Source: Candidatus Adlerbacteria bacterium (GTDB lineage Bacteria; Patescibacteriota; Minisyncoccia; Phycocordibacterales; SBAW01). Taken from it: a DNA stretch of 64,000 nucleotides. Positions within the stretch are counted from its first letter, which is position 1. Each line of letters begins with the position of its first letter. The notes under the pieces were generated by a model. The model saw only the letters and a program-made list of their open reading frames with translations. It did not search any database and was not told the origin of the DNA. The stretch spans positions 5,432 through 69,431 of the forward strand of contig CAVVLG010000003.1 in the NCBI GenBank assembly GCA_963749085.1. The letters are read 5' to 3'. The position numbers were made by a program, and so were the translations under genes. Shown piece by piece: positions 40,406 through 50,141 of the stretch.

Positions 40406-40867
40406 TTATTTTCCCCGACTGAGCCTATCTCTAATGTAGATAAAATGTTTCTGCGACACCGGCTGAACGGAGAGACGGGAACCAGGTGCGAGCGCGAGCA
40501 TGCCTTTGAGTTCAGGATCGGCTTTCATTTGATAGAGCGACACCGGCTCTTTGAACTTCTCGACAAACGCGACGTCGACGCAGTACCAAATAGGTTTCTC
40601 TTTCGTGGCTTTGGGATCGAAGTGCGAATCTTTTTTGTCGAACTGAGTTGTATCCGGATGCGCACTGGCGACAACCTTCGCTACGCCATAGACGCCCTTC
40701 TCCTTAGTGCTTGAGTGATAAAAGAGGCAGAGGTCTCCCACTTCCATGCTCTGCATGAAGTTGCGCGCCTGATAGTTGCGCACTCCGCTCCAAGACTCAA
40801 CCTTGTCGCGTCTCAAATGATCAATGCCGTAGCTCTCGGGTTCCGATTTCAGAAGCCAGTACTGCAT
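40406..40867 (-). CDS. stand-alone EVE (PUA-like) domain protein
   Basis: MQYWLLKSEPESY...WSGVRNYQARNFMQSMEVGDLCLFYHS matches the canonical EVE signature. Confidence 0.8.
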   Translation of the reverse strand: MQYWLLKSEPESYGIDHLRRDKVESWSGVRNYQARNFMQSMEVGDLCLFYHSSTKEKGVYGVAKVVASAHPDTTQFDKKDSHFDPKATKEKPIWYCVDVAFVEKFKEPVSLYQMKADPELKGMLALAPGSRLSVQPVSQKHFIYIRDRLSRGK

Positions 40868-40869
40868 CG

Positions 40870-41802
40870 CTATTGTCCCAAAATAAGGGAGCGGCGAATG
40901 CCGTCAAACTGCGAGAGAAGCGCCGTTTGATTGAAGGGCACGACAACACCCGGCGGATAATTGCCGATGTCGGTTGAATGTATAAAGTAGCGCACGGCGA
41001 TGCAGGGACTAGCGCCCGGAATGGCGTACACCATTTCAGCATAGAAATTACCCGCGCCGGCGCCGCCTCCCTGCCCCACCAAATACGTCGTCCCGTTATC
41101 AACCAAGGTCGTGGTGCTCTGCAAATCGTTCATGAACGGCTCCGGGCTACACTGCGAGAGTCCCGGCAGCCATTCCACCGAAACGCCGGTGTCGAAACTT
41201 GAGAGATTAGTGCCGGTCGCTATGGCCGGGTCGATGACAAATTTCACGCCGTTGATAGTCTGTCCCGGTCCGAGATACGTGTACTGATAATCAGGCTGAA
41301 CCGTATAACCTTGTGGGTAGCGGATGGAGAAGCCGAGCGTTGAGGAGGCGAAGGTGTTCCATCCCTCCTGGCCGGAGATATTGCTGACCGCAATGCAGCC
41401 GCTGTAAGTTTCGGGAGCGTTGGTGCTGGTGCCTTCGGTCGTAAACGCGTTCTCACCTTCAGTCCAGAAGACAAATGAGTTATCGGCGTTGGCGTAGCGC
41501 GCGCCGGAGGCGGAAATAGCCTGCGGCAAGCTCAGCGAACGTCCGTCGCTTAACACAATGGAGACACTCCCAGTCGGTATGGGCGGTTGCCCATAGGCAG
41601 GCGCGGAAGGAGTAGTGGTGCCGTTATAAAAGGTGGCGGCGATCGACTTGCCGCCGTCGCAGTAAAACGTGACTTGATTAATTTCTTGCGGAGTTTGCGC
41701 TGGCGAACCGAGTAAGGACGTAAGCCATGTAGAATCGCGGTAGCTATATACCAGGCCGGCCGCGATGACCAAAAAAACACCAAGAAAAAGGGCCCATTTC
41801 AC
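40870..41802 (-). CDS. membrane-anchored extracellular protein, hypothetical
   Basis: N-terminal transmembrane helix followed by a beta-rich S/T/G/Y domain. Confidence 0.5.
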   Translation of the reverse strand: MKWALFLGVFLVIAAGLVYSYRDSTWLTSLLGSPAQTPQEINQVTFYCDGGKSIAATFYNGTTTPSAPAYGQPPIPTGSVSIVLSDGRSLSLPQAISASGARYANADNSFVFWTEGENAFTTEGTSTNAPETYSGCIAVSNISGQEGWNTFASSTLGFSIRYPQGYTVQPDYQYTYLGPGQTINGVKFVIDPAIATGTNLSSFDTGVSVEWLPGLSQCSPEPFMNDLQSTTTLVDNGTTYLVGQGGGAGAGNFYAEMVYAIPGASPCIAVRYFIHSTDIGNYPPGVVVPFNQTALLSQFDGIRRSLILGQ

Positions 41803-41902
41803 GCGGGTTAGTATATCACCACCCCACCCTGAAGCGAAACTAAAGGGGTATATACTTTACATGAGGTCTATTTAATAACCGCTAGTAACAAACATAACTC
41901 AT

Positions 41903-42415
41903 ATGTGGCACAGCATTCTTTCGGGCATAGTGGGGGTGGGGCTCACTACCGCGGCTTTCTTCGGATTCGGAGGAACGGCATCGACGACTCTTCCACCACA
42001 GTTTAATACTTTCAGCTCGACAACCGCATCGACGACGCGGCCCTTCGGCGGATATGGAAACTCCTTAGGGAACGTTTCAAGCACGACTATCGCCTGCGTG
42101 GGCGCCGCAGTTGCAACCCGTGAACAAAGCATGGACACCGCGGAAATCACTTTCACGGGTGCAGTAAATGCGGCTTACACGGCGCGTGCGGCTGCACTTG
42201 CAAGTGCCTACCAGGCAAGTACCACAAGCGAGGTACACACGGACATACAAAGTGCGTGGCGCACTTTTACAAGCTCAGCAAAGAATGCGCGGCAAACATG
42301 GAATTCAAGCCGGAGAAGTGCGTGGTCGGCGTTTGCCGCTGCGGCAAAAGCCTGCAAAGCGCCGGCTTCCATTACTGATACCTCGGATCAATCCTTGGAA
42401 CTTCAAGGCCAGTAG
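41903..42415 (+). CDS. secreted Ala/Thr/Ser-rich hypothetical protein
   Basis: Signal or transmembrane N-terminus. Low-complexity sequence. Confidence 0.45.
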   Translation: MWHSILSGIVGVGLTTAAFFGFGGTASTTLPPQFNTFSSTTASTTRPFGGYGNSLGNVSSTTIACVGAAVATREQSMDTAEITFTGAVNAAYTARAAALASAYQASTTSEVHTDIQSAWRTFTSSAKNARQTWNSSRRSAWSAFAAAAKACKAPASITDTSDQSLELQGQ

Positions 42416-42425
42416 CAGAAATGCC

Positions 42426-42596
42426 TTATTTCATCCGCACACCCTTGAAAGTCTTCCCCTTCCTAGCCATCTGATCCATGAAGCGACCGGTCTTATTGTT
42501 AACTTTGGTCCAGCGCTTGTTGCGCGAGGAGAGCACTTGCGAGCGGTTTTTTACTTCGCCCTTGCGACCCTTCCCTTTGGATCGTAATTTCGCCAT
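42426..42596 (-). CDS. rpmB: 56-aa basic protein, probably ribosomal protein bL28; absent from the ORF track because it is under 60 aa
   Basis: MAKLRSKGKGRKGEVKNRSQVLSSRNKRWTKVNNKTG aligns with the L28 core GNNRSHALNATKRRF. Confidence 0.4.
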   Translation of the reverse strand: MAKLRSKGKGRKGEVKNRSQVLSSRNKRWTKVNNKTGRFMDQMARKGKTFKGVRMK

Positions 42597-42690
42597 ACCC
42601 CAGTAGTATACCGCCCTTTTTGGTTGTGTTTTTCCACATACCCGCTAGTATCAGTGCGGATTGAACGTTCTCTAACAAGGAGGTTACGAG

Positions 42691-44115
42691 ATGGTAAATC
42701 TCGCACTGCCGGGCAACCCCCGGTATCAGCCGAAAGACCTTATACCATACTTCGGCTACGACAGGCTCGTACGGCCGTTCATCCAGGTGGAAATCGCGAC
42801 GATCAGAACGCTCGCTGAATTCAATGTTATCGAGCGAGCCGACATCGAGCTGTTCACCATGGAAGTTGAAACGAAACTCCTCTCGATTACTACGTCCGAT
42901 GTGGACAAGGTCGAGCGGGAGATAACCAAGCACGATATCCGCGCGCTCGTGCGGGTGATGCAGGACATCCTGCCTGCGCCGCTGCGGCGGTGGGTGCACT
43001 TGCCACTGACCAGCTACGACGTCATTGATACCGGGCGAGCATTGCAGTTTGCGTGGGCGCATGCCGCGGTCATACGTCCAAAAGTTGAAGAAGTCATCGC
43101 CTGTCTGTATCATCAGGCACTCGATAACGTGAACCTCGTGCAGATAGGCAGAACGCACGGGCAGCACGCATTACCCATAACGGTAGGCTTCTGGTTCGCG
43201 GGCATCCTCAACCGCGTGCTCTTCAACATTATGGAGGCAAGCCATTACGCTCAGGGGCTTGTCGGAAAGATCTCGGGCGCCGTCGGCGCGTACAACGCAT
43301 CGGCGAGTCTCGACATCGCGACGCGCGGCGGCATGGACTTCGAAAGAAGGGTGCTTGAAAGGCTGGGACTCAAACCTGCACCCATAAGCACCCAGATAGT
43401 GCCGCCGGAGCCGCTGGCCTACTATCTCCATTCGTGTCTTATGCTCTCGGCGTCGCTGGGCCAGTTCGGTCGCGATGCCAGACATCTAATGCGCAGCGAG
43501 ATAGGCGAACTTGCGGAACCGTTCGAGAAGGGCCAGGTCGGCTCCTCGACCATGGCGCACAAGCGCAATCCGCTTAACTTCGAAAATACGGAAGGAATGT
43601 GGATCAAGAACAAGAATGAGTTCGGCAAGGTGCTCGATACGCTCATTAGCGAGCATCAGCGGGATCTTGTCGGAAGTTCGGTCGCGCGCGACTTCCCCAT
43701 TATCCTCGTCAATCTGACCTATCAGCTCGATACGCTTCTGCGAAAAAACTCTACCGGAGAATCATTCCTCGATCGGCTCATTGTCGACGAGGAAGCCTGC
43801 AGGAGAAACTTGGAGCGGCAGGGCGATGTCATTCTGGCCGAGCCGATATACCTCGCACTTCAGATGTACGGGTACGAGGGCGATGCGCATGAAGTCATCA
43901 ATCATCGGGCGATACCGCTTGTCAGTAACGGCCGGACGCTTGTTGAGGCTGTGGAGTTTCTGACGACGGAGGACACAACACTACAGGCAGCGTGGAATAA
44001 CATCCCCCTTGATTTGCACCTCCTCTTTCGAAAGCCAGAAAAGTACGTTGGTCTTGCGCAAGAAAAAGTATTGGCGATCTGTAAAGAAGCTGAAACCTAT
44101 CTTGGCGGACACTGA
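42691..44115 (+). CDS. purB: adenylosuccinate lyase (fumarate-lyase superfamily)
   Basis: Fumarate-lyase signature GSSTMAHKRNP and a PurB-like N-terminus. Confidence 0.7.
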   Translation: MVNLALPGNPRYQPKDLIPYFGYDRLVRPFIQVEIATIRTLAEFNVIERADIELFTMEVETKLLSITTSDVDKVEREITKHDIRALVRVMQDILPAPLRRWVHLPLTSYDVIDTGRALQFAWAHAAVIRPKVEEVIACLYHQALDNVNLVQIGRTHGQHALPITVGFWFAGILNRVLFNIMEASHYAQGLVGKISGAVGAYNASASLDIATRGGMDFERRVLERLGLKPAPISTQIVPPEPLAYYLHSCLMLSASLGQFGRDARHLMRSEIGELAEPFEKGQVGSSTMAHKRNPLNFENTEGMWIKNKNEFGKVLDTLISEHQRDLVGSSVARDFPIILVNLTYQLDTLLRKNSTGESFLDRLIVDEEACRRNLERQGDVILAEPIYLALQMYGYEGDAHEVINHRAIPLVSNGRTLVEAVEFLTTEDTTLQAAWNNIPLDLHLLFRKPEKYVGLAQEKVLAICKEAETYLGGH

Positions 44116-44121
44116 AAAGCA

Positions 44122-44153
44122 CAGCACGCGGCAATACCGCGTGCTGTTTTTTT
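44122..44153. terminator. rho-independent terminator after purB
   Basis: CAGCACGCGG-CAATA-CCGCGTGCTG stem-loop followed by T7. Confidence 0.6.
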
Positions 44154-44346
44154 ATTTCTGCAGGCGTTTGACGTCAGTAAGGCAGCGCAAGCATACTTTT
44201 TGTGCCGGACGCGTTTTTAGGTAGCGGTTGCCGCACGGGCAAATAATTACCGGGGTGATATGGGTTTTTTCAACCCAGTGGCCATCCTGTTGGAAAGTCT
44301 TAGTAGGCCCTTTGGTTTGAACGTATTTTCGGGGTTGGTCGGCCAT
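44152..44346 (-). CDS. small zinc-ribbon-like hypothetical protein
   Basis: 64 aa, with CPCG...CLRC. Confidence 0.35.
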   Translation of the reverse strand: MADQPRKYVQTKGPTKTFQQDGHWVEKTHITPVIICPCGNRYLKTRPAQKVCLRCLTDVKRLQK

Positions 44347-44383
44347 GAAAGCCTGCGAACCTTACGCGAAAAACCCTTATTTG

Positions 44384-45649
44384 TCAATGCGCTTCAACGA
44401 ATGTGAGCGCGATGCCTTTTTTGCCGGCCCGCCCCGTGCGGCCGATGCGGTGTATGTAATCTTCATGACTCGCGGGCATGTCGTAGTTGATGACGTGGGA
44501 GACGCCGTTGATGTCGAGCCCACGCGCAGCCACATCGGTCGCCACCAGCACCTGTACGTGATCGCGCTTGAACAGATCGAGCGCTTTTTGCCGGCGGCTT
44601 TGCGTTTTATTGCCGTGTATAGATTCCGCCTTGAATCCGCGGGCTACCAAAGCTTTTGAAAGTTTTTCAACCCCGTGTTTGGTGCGGCCAAATACAAGTA
44701 CTTTGTTAAATTCCGGTTTGATGAGCATGTCGTGCAGTATTTCAATTTTAGATGCGCCGGGTGGCACGCGCACCACGTCCTGCTCGACATCCTTCGGGGT
44801 CTCGCGGGTTTTAACCGATATGCGCACGGGCTCCTTAAGGAAATCTTTAATGAGCACCTCTATTTCGCGCGAGAGTGTCGCCGAGAAAAAAAGCGTATGG
44901 CGCACTTTGGCGCAGTGGGAGAGGATAAAGCGCATGTCGCCTATGAAACCCATGTCGAGCATGCGGTCGGCTTCGTCCAACACGACGTTGGAGAAGCCCG
45001 TGAGCACCAAGGCTTTCCTCTCCATGAGATCTTTGAGCCTCCCCGGCGTGCCGATGACGAAATTAGGATTGCGGCGCAAGTCCTGAATTTGATTGTAGGC
45101 GGATGCGCCCCCGACACAGATGGCGGAGAAAATACGCAACCCCTGCGCGAAGCCGCGCAACTCCTCCCCTATCTGCACCGCCAGCTCGCGCGTGGGAACG
45201 ACGATCAGTACTTTTTCGCTTCGATTCTTTAAAATTTTATTGATGAGCGGAATAAGAAATGCGGCGGTCTTTCCCGTGCCGGTGTTGGCGATACCGACGA
45301 CATCGAGCCCACGCAAAATGTGCGGAATGGTGCGATCTTGTATGGGGGTCGGCGTCGTGTAGCCCTTGGCAATGATATTTTTCTTCAGCGACTCTTCAAT
45401 GGCAAAATCGGTGAACTGATGCTCCGGCACGAAGTGCTCGACTTGCTCGGTGATGACCGCCTTGTTTATGAATTTGGATATGTCGATGCGCGGCTGCACA
45501 AAACCCTTCCCCCGGTTCTGATTAAACGGGCGACGCTGGTTGAACGGTCTGCGAGAATACTTGTTTCGATTGCTGAAACTTCTTTCGCTGCGCTGATGAT
45601 ACTGAGGCATTAAGACGTTAACAATAGCAAATGAAACCTTATTTGTCAA
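44384..45649 (-). CDS. DEAD-box ATP-dependent RNA helicase
   Basis: Q-motif, GTGKTAAF, VLDEADRMLDMGF, SAT, HRIGRTGRAG. Confidence 0.9.
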   Translation of the reverse strand: MTNKVSFAIVNVLMPQYHQRSERSFSNRNKYSRRPFNQRRPFNQNRGKGFVQPRIDISKFINKAVITEQVEHFVPEHQFTDFAIEESLKKNIIAKGYTTPTPIQDRTIPHILRGLDVVGIANTGTGKTAAFLIPLINKILKNRSEKVLIVVPTRELAVQIGEELRGFAQGLRIFSAICVGGASAYNQIQDLRRNPNFVIGTPGRLKDLMERKALVLTGFSNVVLDEADRMLDMGFIGDMRFILSHCAKVRHTLFFSATLSREIEVLIKDFLKEPVRISVKTRETPKDVEQDVVRVPPGASKIEILHDMLIKPEFNKVLVFGRTKHGVEKLSKALVARGFKAESIHGNKTQSRRQKALDLFKRDHVQVLVATDVAARGLDINGVSHVINYDMPASHEDYIHRIGRTGRAGKKGIALTFVEAH

Positions 45650-45892
45650 CTACTCATCCTTGCTATCGTCATCATCTGTGCCGGAATTTCCTTTTCCCCA
45701 CTCTTTGTCTTTGCGCCAATACCGGCGCATACGATAGCCTCCCCACCACCAACGGCGGCCTTCAAGCATGGAGATGCCGATGATAATAAGAAGGACAGGC
45801 CAGATGACGCCCCACGAGATGGACGGCAGAAGCCCCAGGTTATGAAGGAGAAAAAATATGCCGACCAAAATGACTATGAGTCCTACCATCAT
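45650..45892 (-). CDS. small two-TM membrane protein with a Trp/Arg-rich and acidic tail
   Basis: Only the C-terminal 81 codons of the listed 204-aa ORF are kept. The upstream part overlaps the GH18 gene in another frame. Confidence 0.4.
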   Translation of the reverse strand: MMVGLIVILVGIFFLLHNLGLLPSISWGVIWPVLLIIIGISMLEGRRWWWGGYRMRRYWRKDKEWGKGNSGTDDDDSKDE

Positions 45893-45899
45893 ACGTCGA

Positions 45900-47378
45900 T
45901 TATAACACGTTCCAGATGTTCGGATCCTCCGCCCCGTCGAACTTAAATATGGCCACACCGCGTATGCCCAGCTGTTTTGCGAGCGCCACTTTTTGCCCGA
46001 TGGCGTTAGCATCACTCCAGTCGACGAAATTGAACACCGGCGCTCCCGTGGGTGTAGAGGTACCGTCCGTGTAGGAGATTGCTGGGATGTCAAAGGAACT
46101 CCCCGGGTCCAAGTCGAGCTGATCCCCTGTCGGTTGGTAATTGCCGGAGGAGTGGTAGCTGAAGGAAAGCTCCCCCGCGGAGTTTCGAATGGGTGAAATA
46201 TCCAGCACGCTTGCAAGCGCGGTCGCGTACGGCGGATCAAACGGCCATAGCATTTGGTATTCATAGGCGTATCCGGTCGTGCTTGAGACGACCGGTGTCA
46301 CTTGAAACTCGTAGCCATAGGTCGGAATGCCGAGAATTATTTTATTTCTCGAAATAGATTGGGCGGCGAGATTCACCAAATCGGTGTCCCATTTGGGATC
46401 TGCAACCGGCTGATACGGACCGGTTTGCACTTCATTGAGCGAGAGGTCGACGCTCCCTTGGTCATACGCCATGATTTGGACTCGGTCGCAGTATTTGTTC
46501 ATCGCAACGTAGTCGTTGGCATAATCGGTGGCGTCTTGAGGAACCGTGGCTTCCACGTCATATCTATCGGTGAGCGGCATACGAGACTCTGCCGTGCAAT
46601 ATACCCATTTGTTTCCCATGCGCTCATAAAGACCTTGGAGGAATGTGGAGAAATAATCGCGGGTCTCGGCTTCCTTCGCTTCAAAATCAATATCGATGCC
46701 GTCGAAGTCGTTTTCTTTGACTGTGTCCGCTATCTGCTCCTCCAGAGCGATACGCTCGGTAGTACTGCTCAATACGGCCTGTTCGTCCGCCCCGTTGCCC
46801 CATTCAACCGTCGGTATGATCCAGGTTTTTTCAGCCTTCGCTTGCGCTATGAAAGCGGGCCATGGTGCTTGCTCTATGTCGGCGGAATCGACGAGGGTTC
46901 CGTCGCTTGAGACCGTGTAGCCAAATGGCATTACCGCGGTCATTTCTTTCAGATGTGGGAATACATCCTCGGTGCCCGACGCGGCACTCCAATCCGGTAT
47001 CCAGCCTGAAAGCTCAAACGGCCCGGTGGCACGTCCGGTGAGAGAGTCCCCCGTTAAGAACACCTGCGAGATTGAGGTGCCGTCATTTGCAAGCGCGGCC
47101 TGAGTGTGGGGTCCAGCGATGCCATAACCTGAACCGCCTGAACAGGTAATATCCTCGGCGCATTGAAAATTCTCCACTGCCGTCTGCGTCGCCACGTTGA
47201 AATGGCCGCTTTGGTTGCCCAGAGGAAGATAGCCTTGGGATATAAGTTCCTCTTGCACGGTCACAACGTCGCTTCCCGAAAGACCGAGATGGAGGGAGCG
47301 TGCGGCGGCGAGTACGCTCACCGGCATGAGCATTAAAATAACAAAAAAGAGTAAGGCTCGTTTATACATCCGTCCCAT
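45900..47378 (-). CDS. secreted peptidoglycan-binding domain + glycoside hydrolase family 18 protein
   Basis: Signal peptide, PG_binding_1-like segment (LSGSDVVTVQEELISQGYL), and the GH18 catalytic motif FDGIDIDFE. Confidence 0.75.
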   Translation of the reverse strand: MGRMYKRALLFFVILMLMPVSVLAAARSLHLGLSGSDVVTVQEELISQGYLPLGNQSGHFNVATQTAVENFQCAEDITCSGGSGYGIAGPHTQAALANDGTSISQVFLTGDSLTGRATGPFELSGWIPDWSAASGTEDVFPHLKEMTAVMPFGYTVSSDGTLVDSADIEQAPWPAFIAQAKAEKTWIIPTVEWGNGADEQAVLSSTTERIALEEQIADTVKENDFDGIDIDFEAKEAETRDYFSTFLQGLYERMGNKWVYCTAESRMPLTDRYDVEATVPQDATDYANDYVAMNKYCDRVQIMAYDQGSVDLSLNEVQTGPYQPVADPKWDTDLVNLAAQSISRNKIILGIPTYGYEFQVTPVVSSTTGYAYEYQMLWPFDPPYATALASVLDISPIRNSAGELSFSYHSSGNYQPTGDQLDLDPGSSFDIPAISYTDGTSTPTGAPVFNFVDWSDANAIGQKVALAKQLGIRGVAIFKFDGAEDPNIWNVL

Positions 47379-47430
47379 TGTAGCAGATACTACTAATTGG
47401 AAGCGTTATATGGCTATTTTTGGAGCTCGG

Positions 47431-47727
47431 TTACCCAAGTACCGCGACTTTGTCCCCCACCGAGACGTTCTCCACCGAAAGCGCAGTTGCGCCAATACCG
47501 AGTCCTTGGGTTATTTTTGCGCCGGACGTATCCACCCTATATGTTGTGGTGACACCGTGTTTGCCGCTCTTCCCTGAAACAGTAATAGTAGAGTCGTTAA
47601 TTGCGGTTACCGAGCCGAAAATGGCCGGCGGGACATTTTGTTTCTCGGCGGCGAGTGCCGAGCCTCCAAAAAGAAGCGAGCCCGCAACCATCGAACTTCC
47701 AATGATATATATCAGTTTATTTTTCAT
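47431..47727 (-). CDS. small secreted protein, hypothetical
   Basis: Signal peptide with ALAAEK cleavage region. Start taken at MKNKL. Confidence 0.5.
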   Translation of the reverse strand: MKNKLIYIIGSSMVAGSLLFGGSALAAEKQNVPPAIFGSVTAINDSTITVSGKSGKHGVTTTYRVDTSGAKITQGLGIGATALSVENVSVGDKVAVLG

Positions 47728-47807
47728 GTATTCACCTATATATACGAATAGTCCTTTCCAAGCGGTGTGTTGCATATTGAGTCATTTCGTTTTACTTTTA
47801 TGTTTAT

Positions 47808-47878
47808 TGGGAGATCGTCTAATGGTAGGACAACAGACTCTGGATCTGTTTATCTAGGTTCGAATCCTAGTCTCCCAG
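47808..47878 (+). tRNA. tRNA-Gln (anticodon CTG), U1:A72 first pair, CCA not encoded
   Basis: Hand fold: acceptor TGGGAGA/TCTCCCA, D stem GTCT/GGAC, anticodon stem ACAGA/TCTGT with loop CTCTGGA, T-arm CTAGG-TTCGAAT-CCTAG, discriminator G. Confidence 0.75.
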
Positions 47879-47889
47879 CAAATTAAGTT

Positions 47890-48606
47890 ATGAGTAATTT
47901 ACCAACACGAAAGTTTTCTCCAAGCGAACTACAAAATTGGAAAGATAAAATCTTTGGTATTTATGAAAGGATGAAAGCTAAGTCCCAAACACCATACACT
48001 GTCATCTATGGTGGCTTAGAACTGGTTGTGTTTCCAAATGTATATGCGCCCGAATTTTTCGATGACAGCTTGTGGTATGCAAAACAGCTCAAGGAAATTG
48101 TGGGAAATAAATCTCTTCTGGAAATTGGTACAGGAACGGGAGTGATTTCTATTTTCTGCGCTAAAAACGGCGCAAAAATTGTAGCCACAGACATCAACCC
48201 CGATGCGGTAAAAAATGCACAAGCAAATGCCAAAAAACACAATCTGCCTGTTTCAATAAGAGAAGGCAATCTCTACGAACCACTTTCTGCAGAAGAAAAG
48301 TTTGATTTTATATTTTGGGCACATCCGTTTAATTCATGGGATATGCCGGTTGATATGTTACTTGCATCGGGAATTGACCCGCGATACGAAGGTCTGAGGG
48401 GATACATAGCTGGAGCCAAAAATCATTTAACACAAAATGGTAAGCTTCTTTTAGGTACAGGAGACAGTGCCGACTTGAAGTTAATTGAGTCAATCGGCAA
48501 GGAAAACGGCTACACCTTGAAACTCTTGCGAGAAATTGACCAACCTCTAGAACCGGGTAAGGATGCACATATTAAAGACCTAATATACGAGTTCGTCTCT
48601 GATTAA
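47890..48606 (+). CDS. class I SAM-dependent methyltransferase (small-domain, HemK/PrmC-like fold)
   Basis: Motif I LLEIGTGTGVISI and motif post-I KIVATDIN. The gene is AT-rich. Confidence 0.7.
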   Translation: MSNLPTRKFSPSELQNWKDKIFGIYERMKAKSQTPYTVIYGGLELVVFPNVYAPEFFDDSLWYAKQLKEIVGNKSLLEIGTGTGVISIFCAKNGAKIVATDINPDAVKNAQANAKKHNLPVSIREGNLYEPLSAEEKFDFIFWAHPFNSWDMPVDMLLASGIDPRYEGLRGYIAGAKNHLTQNGKLLLGTGDSADLKLIESIGKENGYTLKLLREIDQPLEPGKDAHIKDLIYEFVSD

Positions 48607-48640
48607 AGTTCGGATAACGTCCCACGCTCCCAGCAAATTT

Positions 48641-49045
48641 ATGGAAGATAAAAAGAAACATTTTCTCGGTAACGTTGCGCAAAAAGCAATCATTGAGAAT
48701 AGCGGCAAGATTCTTGTCTGCCGAGGTATAGGGGACAAGGTATGGGAGTTTCCCGGCGGACGTTTGCACGCAGGAGAGGCTCCGGTCGAAGGCATTGCCC
48801 GTGAAATAAGAGAAGAGCTTGGTCTCGAAATAAAAAATATCAAACCTTTTCGCGTTGAACCCTCGTTTCATTACAAAAGCAACATGCATCAGGTTTTTAT
48901 CGCATACACTTGCACTTGCGACGATGTGCAAATAAGGACCGACGCTACCGAAGTTGAAGAAATGAAGTGGGTGTCGAAAAAAGACTTACAAACCCTGCCG
49001 ATGTTTGATGACTGCGACTCTGTTAAGAAAGCTTTTCTTTTATAA
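48641..49045 (+). CDS. NUDIX hydrolase
   Basis: Nudix box GGRLHAGEAPVEGIAREIREELGLEI. Confidence 0.8.
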   Translation: MEDKKKHFLGNVAQKAIIENSGKILVCRGIGDKVWEFPGGRLHAGEAPVEGIAREIREELGLEIKNIKPFRVEPSFHYKSNMHQVFIAYTCTCDDVQIRTDATEVEEMKWVSKKDLQTLPMFDDCDSVKKAFLL

Positions 49046-49172
49046 GGGTTCCAACATCGTACCAGACACCAAGCAATTTACACTCATCCTCCGTTCATCT
49101 ATAACATCGTAGATTGAATAGAATAATAGTAGAATGAGGTAAAGTTAAAAATTAACCTGTATATAAAATGAT

Positions 49173-49574
49173 ATGAGCAACAGACCAATACATTTTGAGA
49201 TTCAGGCGGACGACGCAGAGCGGGCGAAAAAATTTTATGAAAATTCGTTTGGCTGGAAAATAGACAAATCGACCATGCCGGGCGTCGGCATGGATTATTG
49301 GATGGTCGTGACGGGCGAAGGCCCAGGCATTAACGGCGGACTATACAAGCGGTCCGATAATCCAAAACGCAAAATCACGACATTTGACTGCACGATACAA
49401 GTGGACAATATCGAAAAAGTTATCGCAGCCATAAAAGCGAACGGCGGAAAAATCGAGCCCTGGGAGGGAAAGGAAAAATGGGAGATGAAGGGCTTGGGAT
49501 GGTTTTCTCGCGCGATAGATTCCGAAGGGAACAGGTTCGGGCTTCTGCAGCCAACGGAGTGGCAAGCAAAATAA
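49173..49574 (+). CDS. VOC family protein (glyoxalase/bleomycin-resistance fold)
   Basis: PIHFEIQADDAERAKKFYENSFGW N-terminus and a paired betaalpha-beta3 module. Confidence 0.75.
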   Translation: MSNRPIHFEIQADDAERAKKFYENSFGWKIDKSTMPGVGMDYWMVVTGEGPGINGGLYKRSDNPKRKITTFDCTIQVDNIEKVIAAIKANGGKIEPWEGKEKWEMKGLGWFSRAIDSEGNRFGLLQPTEWQAK

Positions 49575-49597
49575 TTTACTTTCACTAACAGGGGCAT

Positions 49598-49993
49598 ATG
49601 AACAGGTTTGCCCTATTGAAATCTGTCCCTACCTCAATGAACAAGAAAAGCAGAAACCTTGACGACTGGCGCAAAAAGACACTATCGCGGATTCGTGCGC
49701 TTATCAAGCGAGCCGACCCGAAGGTAGTCGAGAAAATAAAATGGAGAAAACCCTCTAATCCCGGCGGGATTCCCGTGTGGTATCACGACGGGATGATTTG
49801 CACCGGCGAGACCTACAAGAGCCACCTACGGCTGACCTTCGCCAAAGGGACCTCTCTCAAGGACCCAAAAGGTCTCTTCAACGCTTTCCGCGCCGTTGTC
49901 ATACGCGAAGGCGACAAGATCGATGAGGCAGCCTTCAAGAACGTCATCCGTGCTGCGGTGACTCTCAATCGAAAAGACAAGGGCGGACGGTAG
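49598..49993 (+). CDS. DUF1801 (YdhG-like) domain protein
   Basis: LSRIRALIKRADPKVVEKIKW core. Confidence 0.6.
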   Translation: MNRFALLKSVPTSMNKKSRNLDDWRKKTLSRIRALIKRADPKVVEKIKWRKPSNPGGIPVWYHDGMICTGETYKSHLRLTFAKGTSLKDPKGLFNAFRAVVIREGDKIDEAAFKNVIRAAVTLNRKDKGGR

Positions 49994-50141
49994 CTGACCC
50001 CTTTGAGACTCAAATCATGTGGTGAATCGTCTATAAGCGGAATGCGCAGGCCTTGTTGGACAGGCTGTATGCATCGTTGAAAGCGCGGTCCGGGGTTCCA
50101 CCGTAGTCCCCGGCTCCCAGCGCACAAGGTACAATAAACGT

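Noticed and set aside
45893-46264. Upstream 124 codons of the 204-aa ORF 45650..46264
   Set aside because: They overlap the GH18 gene in another frame with low-complexity Pro/Arg/Thr-rich sequence. Only the 81-aa membrane ORF was retained.
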